Assembly: GCA_040218735.1 (NCBI GenBank)
Contig: JAVJQW010000002.1
Location: forward strand, 1-52,355
From: Deltaproteobacteria bacterium
Lineage (GTDB): Bacteria; Myxococcota; Kuafuiibacteriia; Kuafuiibacteriales; Kuafuiibacteriaceae
Reading direction: 5' to 3'
DNA: 52,355 bases
The notes below the pieces were generated by a model, which was not told where the DNA came from, did no database searches, and saw nothing but the letters and a program-made list of their open reading frames with translations. Below are positions 1 through 8,159 of the stretch, in pieces. A program made the position numbers and the translations under genes. Each line of letters starts with the position of its first letter. Position 1 is the first letter of the stretch.

Positions 1-623
1 GCGCCCGCCGGCGCATCCTCGGCGGGTTTCGACCGCGGACGACTCGTCTTTCCGTTCTTCCTGCTCTCCAGCTTCTTCACGTACAGCGCGAGCGCCGCTT
101 CGAAGATCTCTCCGATGTCCGTCCCAGGCGGGGTGAGCTCCTTGGCTCGATCCAAGAGCGCCTTCGCTTCGGCGCTCCCGTCGAATCGAAAAGCGAACGT
201 GTCGGGCGTCGCCGCCTCGACACGGTCTTCGCAGCTCTTCGCGCCGGGGAACTCGGTCGCGATCAGCATTTCGACCTCGGCCTTGGACTTGTTCCGCGCC
301 TGCTCGACGAGGCTGTGGGCGTTGTCGTCGTTCATGAACTTCGAGAGCTTCGCGATGCCGGTCATGTGCAGCTCCCCGGTCGCGAGCAGCTCGAACAGCT
401 CGGGCACCCGCCGCGCGGCGCGCACCACGGCGACGCGCCGGCACGCCTGGTCCTCGGTCAGCCCGAGCCCCTCGACGCAGAACCGAAACAGCGAGCTAAA
501 GCCCCGCTCGACGTAGAGCTTGCGCCGCTCGATCTCCGCCATGAACCGGAGCGCCTGCACACCGCTCTTCAGCTCCGCCTGAAGCGCTTCGCGAAGTCCG
601 CTCAGGAGATCGTTCTGGGTCAT
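1..623 (-). CDS. DUF222-like / HNH-endonuclease family repeat-element protein, N-terminal part (3' end runs off window)
   Basis: Manual translation from ATG at 623: MTQNDLLSGLREALQAELKSGVQALRFMAEIERRKLYVERGFSSLFRFCVEGLGLTEDQACRRVAVVRAARRVPELFELLATGELHMTGIAKL...KSKAEVEMLIA; open to position 1. The 'AEIERRKLY...GFSSLFxFC...LGLTE..A.RR' motif matches the multicopy HNH proteins of Myxococcota/Bdellovibrionota. The HNH domain itself lies outside the window. Confidence 0.8.
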   Translation of the reverse strand, partial: MTQNDLLSGLREALQAELKSGVQALRFMAEIERRKLYVERGFSSLFRFCVEGLGLTEDQACRRVAVVRAARRVPELFELLATGELHMTGIAKLSKFMNDDNAHSLVEQARNKSKAEVEMLIATEFPGAKSCEDRVEAATPDTFAFRFDGSAEAKALLDRAKELTPPGTDIGEIFEAALALYVKKLESRKNGKTSRPRSKPAEDAPAG

Positions 624-689
624 GCAAGATAGGTTGCAAGCGTTCGGGCTCATGTATCGACGGTATCATCGAGCCCTCGAAACGCGATT
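614..689. repeat. 76-bp direct repeat, copy 1 (first codons and upstream region of the HNH-type gene)
   Basis: tctgggtcatgcaagataggttgcaagcgttcgggctcatgtatcgacggtatcatcgagccctcgaaacgcgatt aligns ungapped to 52276-52351 with 5 mismatches. Confidence 0.95.
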
Positions 690-1313
690 GAGCAGGCCTC
701 GAGGACGAGCCTCTGAGATCTGCGAGGACGCACGATACAGACCGTCAGCGTCCGAAGACGAGTCCAAGCTCGAAAACTTCGAAACGGACTGCGTTCGTCG
801 AGGAGATGGCCCGGACAGGGCCTTTGATTCCGTCAACCCCCAAGAGAGAAAAAGAAACCGCTTCTGCAACTCAACTTGCGCGACCGGCCATCCCCCTTGA
901 CCAGCCGGCGAATCTCGCCGGTTCATCGCAGCCCTCGACCGCCGCCGGCGCAATTAACCGACGCTCAATCCGGTCGTCTTGTGAACGCGTCGAAGGCGGC
1001 GTGGGCGACTCGCGTGCGAGGCCGCGAAGATCCATCTGGCGGATGACCGCGCCGCGAGCGCGACATGGGGAGCATGGCGAGTGCCGCCGACCATCGAGCG
1101 GATCCGACCGCCGTCCTCCTGCCAACATGGAGCGCGGGCCGGCGGGGTACCAGCGTAGGGCGATGGTTCCGGGGTGCGTCGGGCGCGTCATGCCCCGCCT
1201 ACGGCCTTTCCAGGCGAGCAGATCCACTAAGTCAACGGCATTGCGGCTGGTGCCAGCGTTCCGAAGTCCGTTCCGAGTTTTCGCGAGCGCGCTTTGCGTC
1301 TGGAATGCTGGCG

Positions 1314-1757
1314 CTAGGTTCGCATCGCGTTCAGCGTCGCGCGGCGCCGTACCTTGGCGCGCCGCGCGACCTTCGGTGTCACCGGGTGCGCGCGGCAGTG
1401 GATGACGTTGTAGCTACACGTGATCTCCTCGCCCGGCAGGATGTCGCGCACCGCGCGGACGTGCGCGTGCGGTCCGTTCGGGAGGATGACCTCCGTGTTC
1501 GGATCGTCCGAGTGGTTCGTGTAGCGATCGTTGTCGCCCGAGAGCACGAGTAGGCCGAGCTCCGGGAAGTACTCCGAGTACACGTCGAGGAAGCTCACGA
1601 CTGCGGCCGGGAGGCTCGCGAGGTCGCGCTCTTCGATCAGTTTGTCGAGCAGAGGCTCGAACCTCCAAAGCGTCGTTCCGCTTTCGATGTGCTCCTCGGC
1701 GAAGAGGCCGAGTCCGTGGATGGGGCTCTGTTGAACAGAGGTTCTAACGAGTAGCAA
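1314..1757 (-). CDS. SET-domain protein (putative protein-lysine methyltransferase)
   Basis: SPIHGLGLFA, NHSDDPN and RDILPGEEITCSY SET motifs; TTG start with GAGG just upstream. Confidence 0.9.
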   Translation of the reverse strand: MLLVRTSVQQSPIHGLGLFAEEHIESGTTLWRFEPLLDKLIEERDLASLPAAVVSFLDVYSEYFPELGLLVLSGDNDRYTNHSDDPNTEVILPNGPHAHVRAVRDILPGEEITCSYNVIHCRAHPVTPKVARRAKVRRRATLNAMRT

Positions 1758-1856
1758 TCAACCTCGATGTCGAGCCAAAGCGCTCCGTTTGTAAAGAGGG
1801 GGCGGATCAGATCGTCTCGGGGCGTCGTACGTTGAAGCTCCGAACGAGGATCCCGC

Positions 1857-4800
1857 GTGCGCCGAACCCAACTCCTGCCGCTCACCCTCCTGCTCGCCTG
1901 CCTCCCGGAGGAGGAACCGGTCGACCTCCCGCCGCCGCCGCCCGAGCCGGTCCTCGTCACCGCGGGCGGCCACATCGACGCACCGCCCGAACCGGAGCGT
2001 GACCCCGTCGCCGCCCGCGCTCGCCTCGACGCCCTCCGCGCCGCCATCCCGGAACAGACCCCGGCCGCGTTCCTGGAGAGCGCCGAGTCCGCCGCCGGAC
2101 AGCAGCACCACAAGGAAGCGCGCGACGCCTTCCGCGGGCTCTTCCTCCACCACCCCCAGCACGAGTCCGCGCCGAGCGCGTTGGAGCGCGCCACCCGCGC
2201 GTCCTTCCAGCTCGGCGAGCACCAAGCCGGCCTCGACTTCTACGAGGACGGCCTCGAGCTCGTGCGCGGCACCCTCGCCGAAGCGCGCCTCCTCCGAGTC
2301 CTCGGCGCCCTCTACCTGGAGGTCCCGCACTGGGGCACCGAGAAGGCCGGCGAATTCCACCGCGCGCGCTACGAGCAGGGCACCTACCGCTACACCTACC
2401 GGCGCGATCGGCGCACCGCGGTTCGCCGCCTGGAGGCCGCGCGCGCCGCCTTCACGAAGCTCGGCGCCACGACGGAGCTCTACGACACGCAGCTCGATCT
2501 CATCCTCGCGCTCGGACGTTTCACTCCCTACGACAGCGGCTGGGGTTACTGGTACGACGCGTGGGACGACGGGGTCGACGACGACCGCGTCGACGAACAC
2601 GGCGCCGACGAACGCGCCGGGCACTACGGGCGCTCGATCCTCTTCCGCAGCGAGCCGCGCGGCGTCCCGGTCGACGCCCAAGGTCGAGTCGTCTTCACGG
2701 AGCGCCCCGAGGTCTACGCCGCCGAGCTCGACACCACCGCGAAGATCAAGTTCCTCGCGCACGAGCTCTCTAGGATCCAAGGCGCCGAAACCCACGCCGC
2801 CGTCGCGCTCTACCACCAGGCGCTCATGTTCGAATCACGCCACGGCGCGAACCGGCTGCTGCGTCTCAGCGGTTGGTGGTGGAACGGCCGCACGCCCTAC
2901 AAGGCGACGATCGACGAGACTCCGCTCTATGAGCTCGACGACGACCAGGTGCTCGGCCTGATCGCCACGCACATCGGGCGCTACCGCGTGCCGAAGAACG
3001 AGTCGACGCTCGCGCTCCTCGACCGCGTCCTGTCCGAGTACGGCGAGGAAGACATCGTGCAAGACGCGCTCATCGCGCGCGCGACCTTCTTCCAGTCGCG
3101 ACAGCAGTACGACCGCGCGGCCGACGCCTACGACCACTACCTGGAGCGGTTCCCGAAGGGGCGCCTCGTGGGCAGCGCGCGGAGCGGGCGCGCGCTCCTC
3201 GCGCGCACGGAGGCCGTCGTGGTCGGGACCAGCGTGCAGCCCGCGGGCTCCACGGCGAACGTCGAGGTCTCGCACCGCAACGTCACCACGCTCTACGGAC
3301 GCGCCGAGCTCTACGATCCCCGCGCGCTGCTCGAAGCGTTCGAGTCGGCGTGGCGGGGCGACGCCGAGCCCGGCTTCTACCCCTCGAACCTCGCCTACTA
3401 CCTGTACGCCAACCAGGGTCGCGTCGAGCGCGCGCGGCGCGGCGAGCCGGAGGACTTCGTCGCCACGGTGAAGGACGACGGGACGCGGCGCTTCGCGAAG
3501 TCGAACGTGGACGTGCCGATCGAGGACGCCGGGTTCTGGGTCGTGCGGTTCTTCGCGGACGAGGCGCGGACGCAGCAGCTCGGACGCGGCGTGGTCATGC
3601 TGACCGACACGGCGATCGTCGAGAAGGGGACGCCGAAGGGGCCGATCGCCTGGGTCGTCGACGCACGCACCGGGCAGCCGATCGAGGGTGCGAAGGTGCG
3701 CGTCTTCGACTTCTGGCGTGACTACAAAGAAGGCAAGTCACACCGTCGCTACCTCGAGAGCACCGCGACGACGAACGCCGATGGCATCGCGCGGGTGAAG
3801 CGGCGCAACTACCAGCGTGTGCTCTCCGTCGAGCACGGGGATCGCTTCGCCTTCACGGGCGACGGCTTCTACTACAGCTACGCGCCGTCGAGCTTCGGGA
3901 GCGCGAACGTCGGGCTCGTCTACACGGATCGACCCGTCTACCGGCCCGAGAACGAGGTGCACCTCATGGCCTGGGCGCGCCACCGTCGAAACGGCGAGTT
4001 CCTCCCTGCGAAGGACGTGCGGTCGATCCAGATCAACGTCTACGACCCGAAGGGCGCGCAGGTCTTCACCGGTAAGGCGAAGGCGGACGGCGGCGGCGCA
4101 GAGTTCTCCTATCCGATCCCCGAGGACGCCGCGCTCGGCCTATACCGCGTCAACGTCTACGCGGACGGTGCGTGGGTGCAGGGCCAGGGCCAGTTCCGCG
4201 TCGAGGAGTACAAGGCGCCCGAGATCGAGGTATCGGTGTCCGTCGGCGACGGTCCGGCGCGGCTCGGGACGAAGATCCCCGTCCGCATCGAGGCGAGTTA
4301 CCTCTTCGGCGGCCCGGCCGCGGGCGCGAAGGTGCACTACAAGATCCACCGCGCGGATCACGACCACCGCTACGTCGCGCCCGGGCCGTGGGACTGGCTC
4401 TACGGTCCGGGGTACGGACGTTGCTACTACGCGTACCGCTGGTTCGATTGGTGGGGCGCGTGGGGCCCGCGACCGTGGGTCTGGTACCCGTGGTGGGGGC
4501 CGGCGCCGGAGCCCAAGAAGGAGCTGGTGCTCGAAGGCCGCGGGACGCTCGGGGCCGACGGCACGATCGCGGTGTCGATCGACACGACGCGCGCGAAGGC
4601 GCTCTACGGCGAGAAGGATCAGCGCTTCACCGTCGAGGCCGAGGTGACCGATTCGACGCGTCGGACGATCGTCGGCGCGGGCGCGATCGTCGCGACGCGG
4701 CACGCGTTCTTCGTGTCGATGGCGACGGACCGTGGCTACTACCGCCCTGGCGAGACGATGACGCTCGAGGCCAGCGCGCTCAGGTTCGATGACTCACCGA

Positions 4801-7800
4801 TCGTCGACCGCGCGGGGCGTTTCGAGATCAGCCGCATCCGTTTCACGGGGGGCAACGGGGACTCGGTCGTCGAGAGGCCCGTGTTCTCTTCGCGCGCGAC
4901 GACCGACGAGCGCGGGATGGCGCGGGTGAAGTGGGACGTCGCCGAGCCCGGGCAGTATCGACTCACGTTCACGGCGGAGGACGAGGACGGTGAAGAGGTG
5001 CTCGGGAGCGCCGTGGTCTGGGTCTACGGCGCGCGCCTCGATGCGTCCGAAGCGCGCTTCAACCACCTGGAGATCATCACGGACAAACGTACCTACGCGG
5101 TGGGTGAGACGGCGCGGCTGTTGATCGCTTCGAACGTCGAGGGCGCCAAGATCCTCTTCTCCGACTTCGTGGATGGCGGCGCGCTGGAGAAGCCGCGGGT
5201 GCTCGCGTTGAAGGGGAAGACGACGGTGGTCGAGGTCCCGATCACGGAGCGTCACGTGCCGAACTTCTTCGTCGAGGCGTTGGTGGTCGGTGAGGGGCGG
5301 TTCTCCGAGGAGGTCCGCGAGATCATCGTCCCGCCGCCTGCGGCGAGCCTCGACATCGAGCTGAAGCCGGCGGCGAGCGAGGCGAGGGCGGGGGCGCCGT
5401 CGTCGCTGGAGATCGTCACACGCGGCGCGGACGGTGCGCCGGTGTCGGCGCACGTCGCGGTGTCGGTGTTCGATCGTTCCGTGCTCTACATCCAGCCCGA
5501 GCTCACGCCGGATCCGCGCGTGGTCTTCTGGGGGCAGAAGCGTCACCACCGTGCGTCGTCGGCCAACAGCCTCGCGGTGCGATTGGGGCCGTTCGAGGCG
5601 CCGTCGAGCCCCGCGCAGCAGGCGACCTGGGCGTTGAACGCAGCGCAGCGGAGCGCGGAGCGGCTGGGCGCGAAGGCCGCGACCGCCAAGCTCGACGTCG
5701 CCGACGAGAAGGCGGAGGAAGAGCGACCGCGCGGCGAGGCGGAGGCCTTCGGCGACAAGGACGCGAACAAGGAGCTCGGGCGACGCGAAGGGAAGAAGCG
5801 ACAATTCGCGGCGAACGAGGACACGCCCAGCGACGACGCGGTCGGCGCGGAGGGCGCCGACGGAACGACCGCCGAGCCTCGCGTCCGGAAGAACTTCGCC
5901 GACACGGCGGCGTGGCGCGTCGTGAAGACCGGCGCGGACGGGCGCGCGAAGATCGACTGGACGTTCCCGGACAACCTCACGACGTGGCGGGTCAAGGCGA
6001 TCGGCGCGACGGATGCGACGCGCGTCGGCCAGGCGTCGACCTCGATCGTCACGACCAAGAAGCTCCTCGTCCAGCTACAGGCGCCGCGGTTCTTCCGCGA
6101 GCGCGACGAGGTGTTGATCACCGGCGTCGTACACAACCGCCTCCCCGAAGCGCACGACGTGAAGGTGAAGCTCGACGTCACCGAGCAATACCTGTTGCTG
6201 CAGGGCCCGGCCGAGACGGTCGTCGAGGTGCCGGCCGGTGAGCACCGTCGTGTCGACTTCCGCGTGAAGGTGCAGGGCGAAGGTCGCGCACGCGTTCGGG
6301 TGTCGGCGTTGACCGGCGTCGAGTCCGACGCGAAGGAGCTCGACTTCCCGGTGCTCGTGCACGGGTTCGAGAAGACGGACGCGGCGGTCGGCAGCATCCC
6401 GTTCGGCACGGGGACCGAGGAGCGCTCGGTCGTCGTGCGGGTGCCCGAGGACCGCCGCCCCGAACAGACCGAGCTCGTCATCCGCGCGGCGCCCTCGCTC
6501 GCGACCGCGATGATCGACGCGCTGCCGTTCCTGCTCGACTACCCGTACGGGTGCACCGAGCAGACGATGAGCCGCTTCGTCCCGGCGGTGGTCACCAAGA
6601 AGACGCTCCAGCAGACCGGCGGCGTCGCGCTGCAGGAGCTCGCGAAGATCCGCGCGAGCCTCGACCCGCAGAAGCTCGACCCGGACGGGGAGGGTTACGA
6701 CGCGCGGCGCGCGCACGAGTACGCGCACCTGTTCGCCAACCCCGTCTACAGCGACGCGAAGATGAACGACATCATCCGCGCTGGCCTCGCGCGAATCGCG
6801 AAGTTGCAGCGGCCGGACGGCGGCTGGGGTTGGTGGGGCGGCGACCACAGCTCGGTCTACACGACGGCGTACGTGCTGTGGGGCCTCGCCGAGGCGCGCG
6901 ACGCGGACACGGCGATCGACGCGTCGATGCTCGCACGCGGTGTGGCGGCGCTCGTTCGGCTGACGCCGGAGCACATCCGTCGCTACGAGACAAAGGGCTG
7001 GGTCTCGGACACCGACGCCTTCCTCGCGTATGTGCTCGCCCGTCACGGTCGGCCGAACCGCGAGCTGACGGGGTTGCTCTACGAACGTCGCGGTCAGCTG
7101 AGTGTCTACGGCAAGAGCCTGCTCGCGCTCGCGCTGTGGCGCGCGGGCGAGAAGGACGACGCGCGGGTGGTGCTCCGCAACGCAGCGCAGTTCATGAAGG
7201 AAGACCCGGAGAATCAGACGGCGTGGCTCGACACGCCGCGCGGCGGGTGGTGGTACTGGTGGAACAACGACATCGAGTCGAACGCGACGTACCTGCGCGC
7301 GCTCGTCACGATTCGGCCGCACGATCCGAGCGCGCCCAAGATCGTGAAGTGGCTGCTCGCCAACCGGCAGAACGGCTACTACTGGCGGTCGACGCGCGAT
7401 ACGGCGATCACCATCTCCTCGTTCGGGCACTACCTACGCGCGCGGCGGGTGAGCGACACGGACTACGACCTCGAGATCCTCGTGGACGGCGAGGTCGCGA
7501 AGACGGTGCACATCGACCACACCAACCTGCTCACCTTCGACGGCGAGGTGCGCCTGCGCGGCGACGCGCTGAGCTCGGGTGAGCACACGATCACGTTCCG
7601 CAGGAAGGGCAAAGGCGCGGTCTACTTCAACACGTACCTCACCTACTTCACGACGGAGGAGGACGCGCCGCCGTCCGGCTTGGAGATCCGCGTGGCGCGT
7701 CGCTACTTCCTCCTCGAACGCGACGATCGCGAGCACACCGTGCACGACGACCAGGGGGGGAAGCAGGCGATGCGGGAAGTCGCGTACCGCAAGGTGCCGC

Positions 7801-8159
7801 TCGAGACCGGGGCGCGCGTCGACAGCGGGGATCTCATCCTCGTCGAGCTCGAGCTCGAATCGAAGAACGACTACACGTTCCTCGCGTTCGAGGATCCGAA
7901 GCCGGCCGGGATGGAGCCGGTCGCGCTCCGAAGCGGGACGGTCTACGGCGAAGCCGTGACCAACATGGAACTCAGGGATGACCGCGTCGTGTTCTTTTTG
8001 AGACACCTTCAGCAGGGCAGGTTGCGCATCGACTATCGCCTACGTGCCGAGATTCCCGGTGAGTTCCACGCGATGCCCACCCGTGGGTTCGCGATGTACG
8101 CGCCCGAGCTACGAGCGACTTCTTCTGAGATGCGAATCGGGGTCGATGGATCAAAGTGA
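1857..8159 (+). CDS. Bacterial alpha-2-macroglobulin family lipoprotein (TPR-like N-terminus, MG domains, thioester domain)
   Basis: Lipobox LLAC; YTDRPVYRP (MG2), F..EEYK.P, VRKNFADTAAW, FPDNLTTW, thioester motif YPYGCTEQ, C-terminal YRLRAEIPGEF...MYAPE. Confidence 0.95.
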   Translation: MRRTQLLPLTLLLACLPEEEPVDLPPPPPEPVLVTAGGHIDAPPEPERDPVAARARLDALRAAIPEQTPAAFLESAESAAGQQHHKEARDAFRGLFLHHPQHESAPSALERATRASFQLGEHQAGLDFYEDGLELVRGTLAEARLLRVLGALYLEVPHWGTEKAGEFHRARYEQGTYRYTYRRDRRTAVRRLEAARAAFTKLGATTELYDTQLDLILALGRFTPYDSGWGYWYDAWDDGVDDDRVDEHGADERAGHYGRSILFRSEPRGVPVDAQGRVVFTERPEVYAAELDTTAKIKFLAHELSRIQGAETHAAVALYHQALMFESRHGANRLLRLSGWWWNGRTPYKATIDETPLYELDDDQVLGLIATHIGRYRVPKNESTLALLDRVLSEYGEEDIVQDALIARATFFQSRQQYDRAADAYDHYLERFPKGRLVGSARSGRALLARTEAVVVGTSVQPAGSTANVEVSHRNVTTLYGRAELYDPRALLEAFESAWRGDAEPGFYPSNLAYYLYANQGRVERARRGEPEDFVATVKDDGTRRFAKSNVDVPIEDAGFWVVRFFADEARTQQLGRGVVMLTDTAIVEKGTPKGPIAWVVDARTGQPIEGAKVRVFDFWRDYKEGKSHRRYLESTATTNADGIARVKRRNYQRVLSVEHGDRFAFTGDGFYYSYAPSSFGSANVGLVYTDRPVYRPENEVHLMAWARHRRNGEFLPAKDVRSIQINVYDPKGAQVFTGKAKADGGGAEFSYPIPEDAALGLYRVNVYADGAWVQGQGQFRVEEYKAPEIEVSVSVGDGPARLGTKIPVRIEASYLFGGPAAGAKVHYKIHRADHDHRYVAPGPWDWLYGPGYGRCYYAYRWFDWWGAWGPRPWVWYPWWGPAPEPKKELVLEGRGTLGADGTIAVSIDTTRAKALYGEKDQRFTVEAEVTDSTRRTIVGAGAIVATRHAFFVSMATDRGYYRPGETMTLEASALRFDDSPIVDRAGRFEISRIRFTGGNGDSVVERPVFSSRATTDERGMARVKWDVAEPGQYRLTFTAEDEDGEEVLGSAVVWVYGARLDASEARFNHLEIITDKRTYAVGETARLLIASNVEGAKILFSDFVDGGALEKPRVLALKGKTTVVEVPITERHVPNFFVEALVVGEGRFSEEVREIIVPPPAASLDIELKPAASEARAGAPSSLEIVTRGADGAPVSAHVAVSVFDRSVLYIQPELTPDPRVVFWGQKRHHRASSANSLAVRLGPFEAPSSPAQQATWALNAAQRSAERLGAKAATAKLDVADEKAEEERPRGEAEAFGDKDANKELGRREGKKRQFAANEDTPSDDAVGAEGADGTTAEPRVRKNFADTAAWRVVKTGADGRAKIDWTFPDNLTTWRVKAIGATDATRVGQASTSIVTTKKLLVQLQAPRFFRERDEVLITGVVHNRLPEAHDVKVKLDVTEQYLLLQGPAETVVEVPAGEHRRVDFRVKVQGEGRARVRVSALTGVESDAKELDFPVLVHGFEKTDAAVGSIPFGTGTEERSVVVRVPEDRRPEQTELVIRAAPSLATAMIDALPFLLDYPYGCTEQTMSRFVPAVVTKKTLQQTGGVALQELAKIRASLDPQKLDPDGEGYDARRAHEYAHLFANPVYSDAKMNDIIRAGLARIAKLQRPDGGWGWWGGDHSSVYTTAYVLWGLAEARDADTAIDASMLARGVAALVRLTPEHIRRYETKGWVSDTDAFLAYVLARHGRPNRELTGLLYERRGQLSVYGKSLLALALWRAGEKDDARVVLRNAAQFMKEDPENQTAWLDTPRGGWWYWWNNDIESNATYLRALVTIRPHDPSAPKIVKWLLANRQNGYYWRSTRDTAITISSFGHYLRARRVSDTDYDLEILVDGEVAKTVHIDHTNLLTFDGEVRLRGDALSSGEHTITFRRKGKGAVYFNTYLTYFTTEEDAPPSGLEIRVARRYFLLERDDREHTVHDDQGGKQAMREVAYRKVPLETGARVDSGDLILVELELESKNDYTFLAFEDPKPAGMEPVALRSGTVYGEAVTNMELRDDRVVFFLRHLQQGRLRIDYRLRAEIPGEFHAMPTRGFAMYAPELRATSSEMRIGVDGSK

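Noticed and set aside
832-906. GTCAAC...TTGACCAGCC resembling the 5' end of HEARO/IscB omega-RNA
   Set aside because: No recognisable downstream scaffold motifs and no IscB/IsrB ORF on that strand; the neighbouring HNH-type gene is a different family on the opposite strand. Kept only as a weak note.
115-1553. Plus-strand ORFs 115-516, 315-632, 622-900, 806-1405, 1065-1553
   Set aside because: Shadow frames of the minus-strand genes, or low-complexity Arg/Ser/Pro translations with no motifs.
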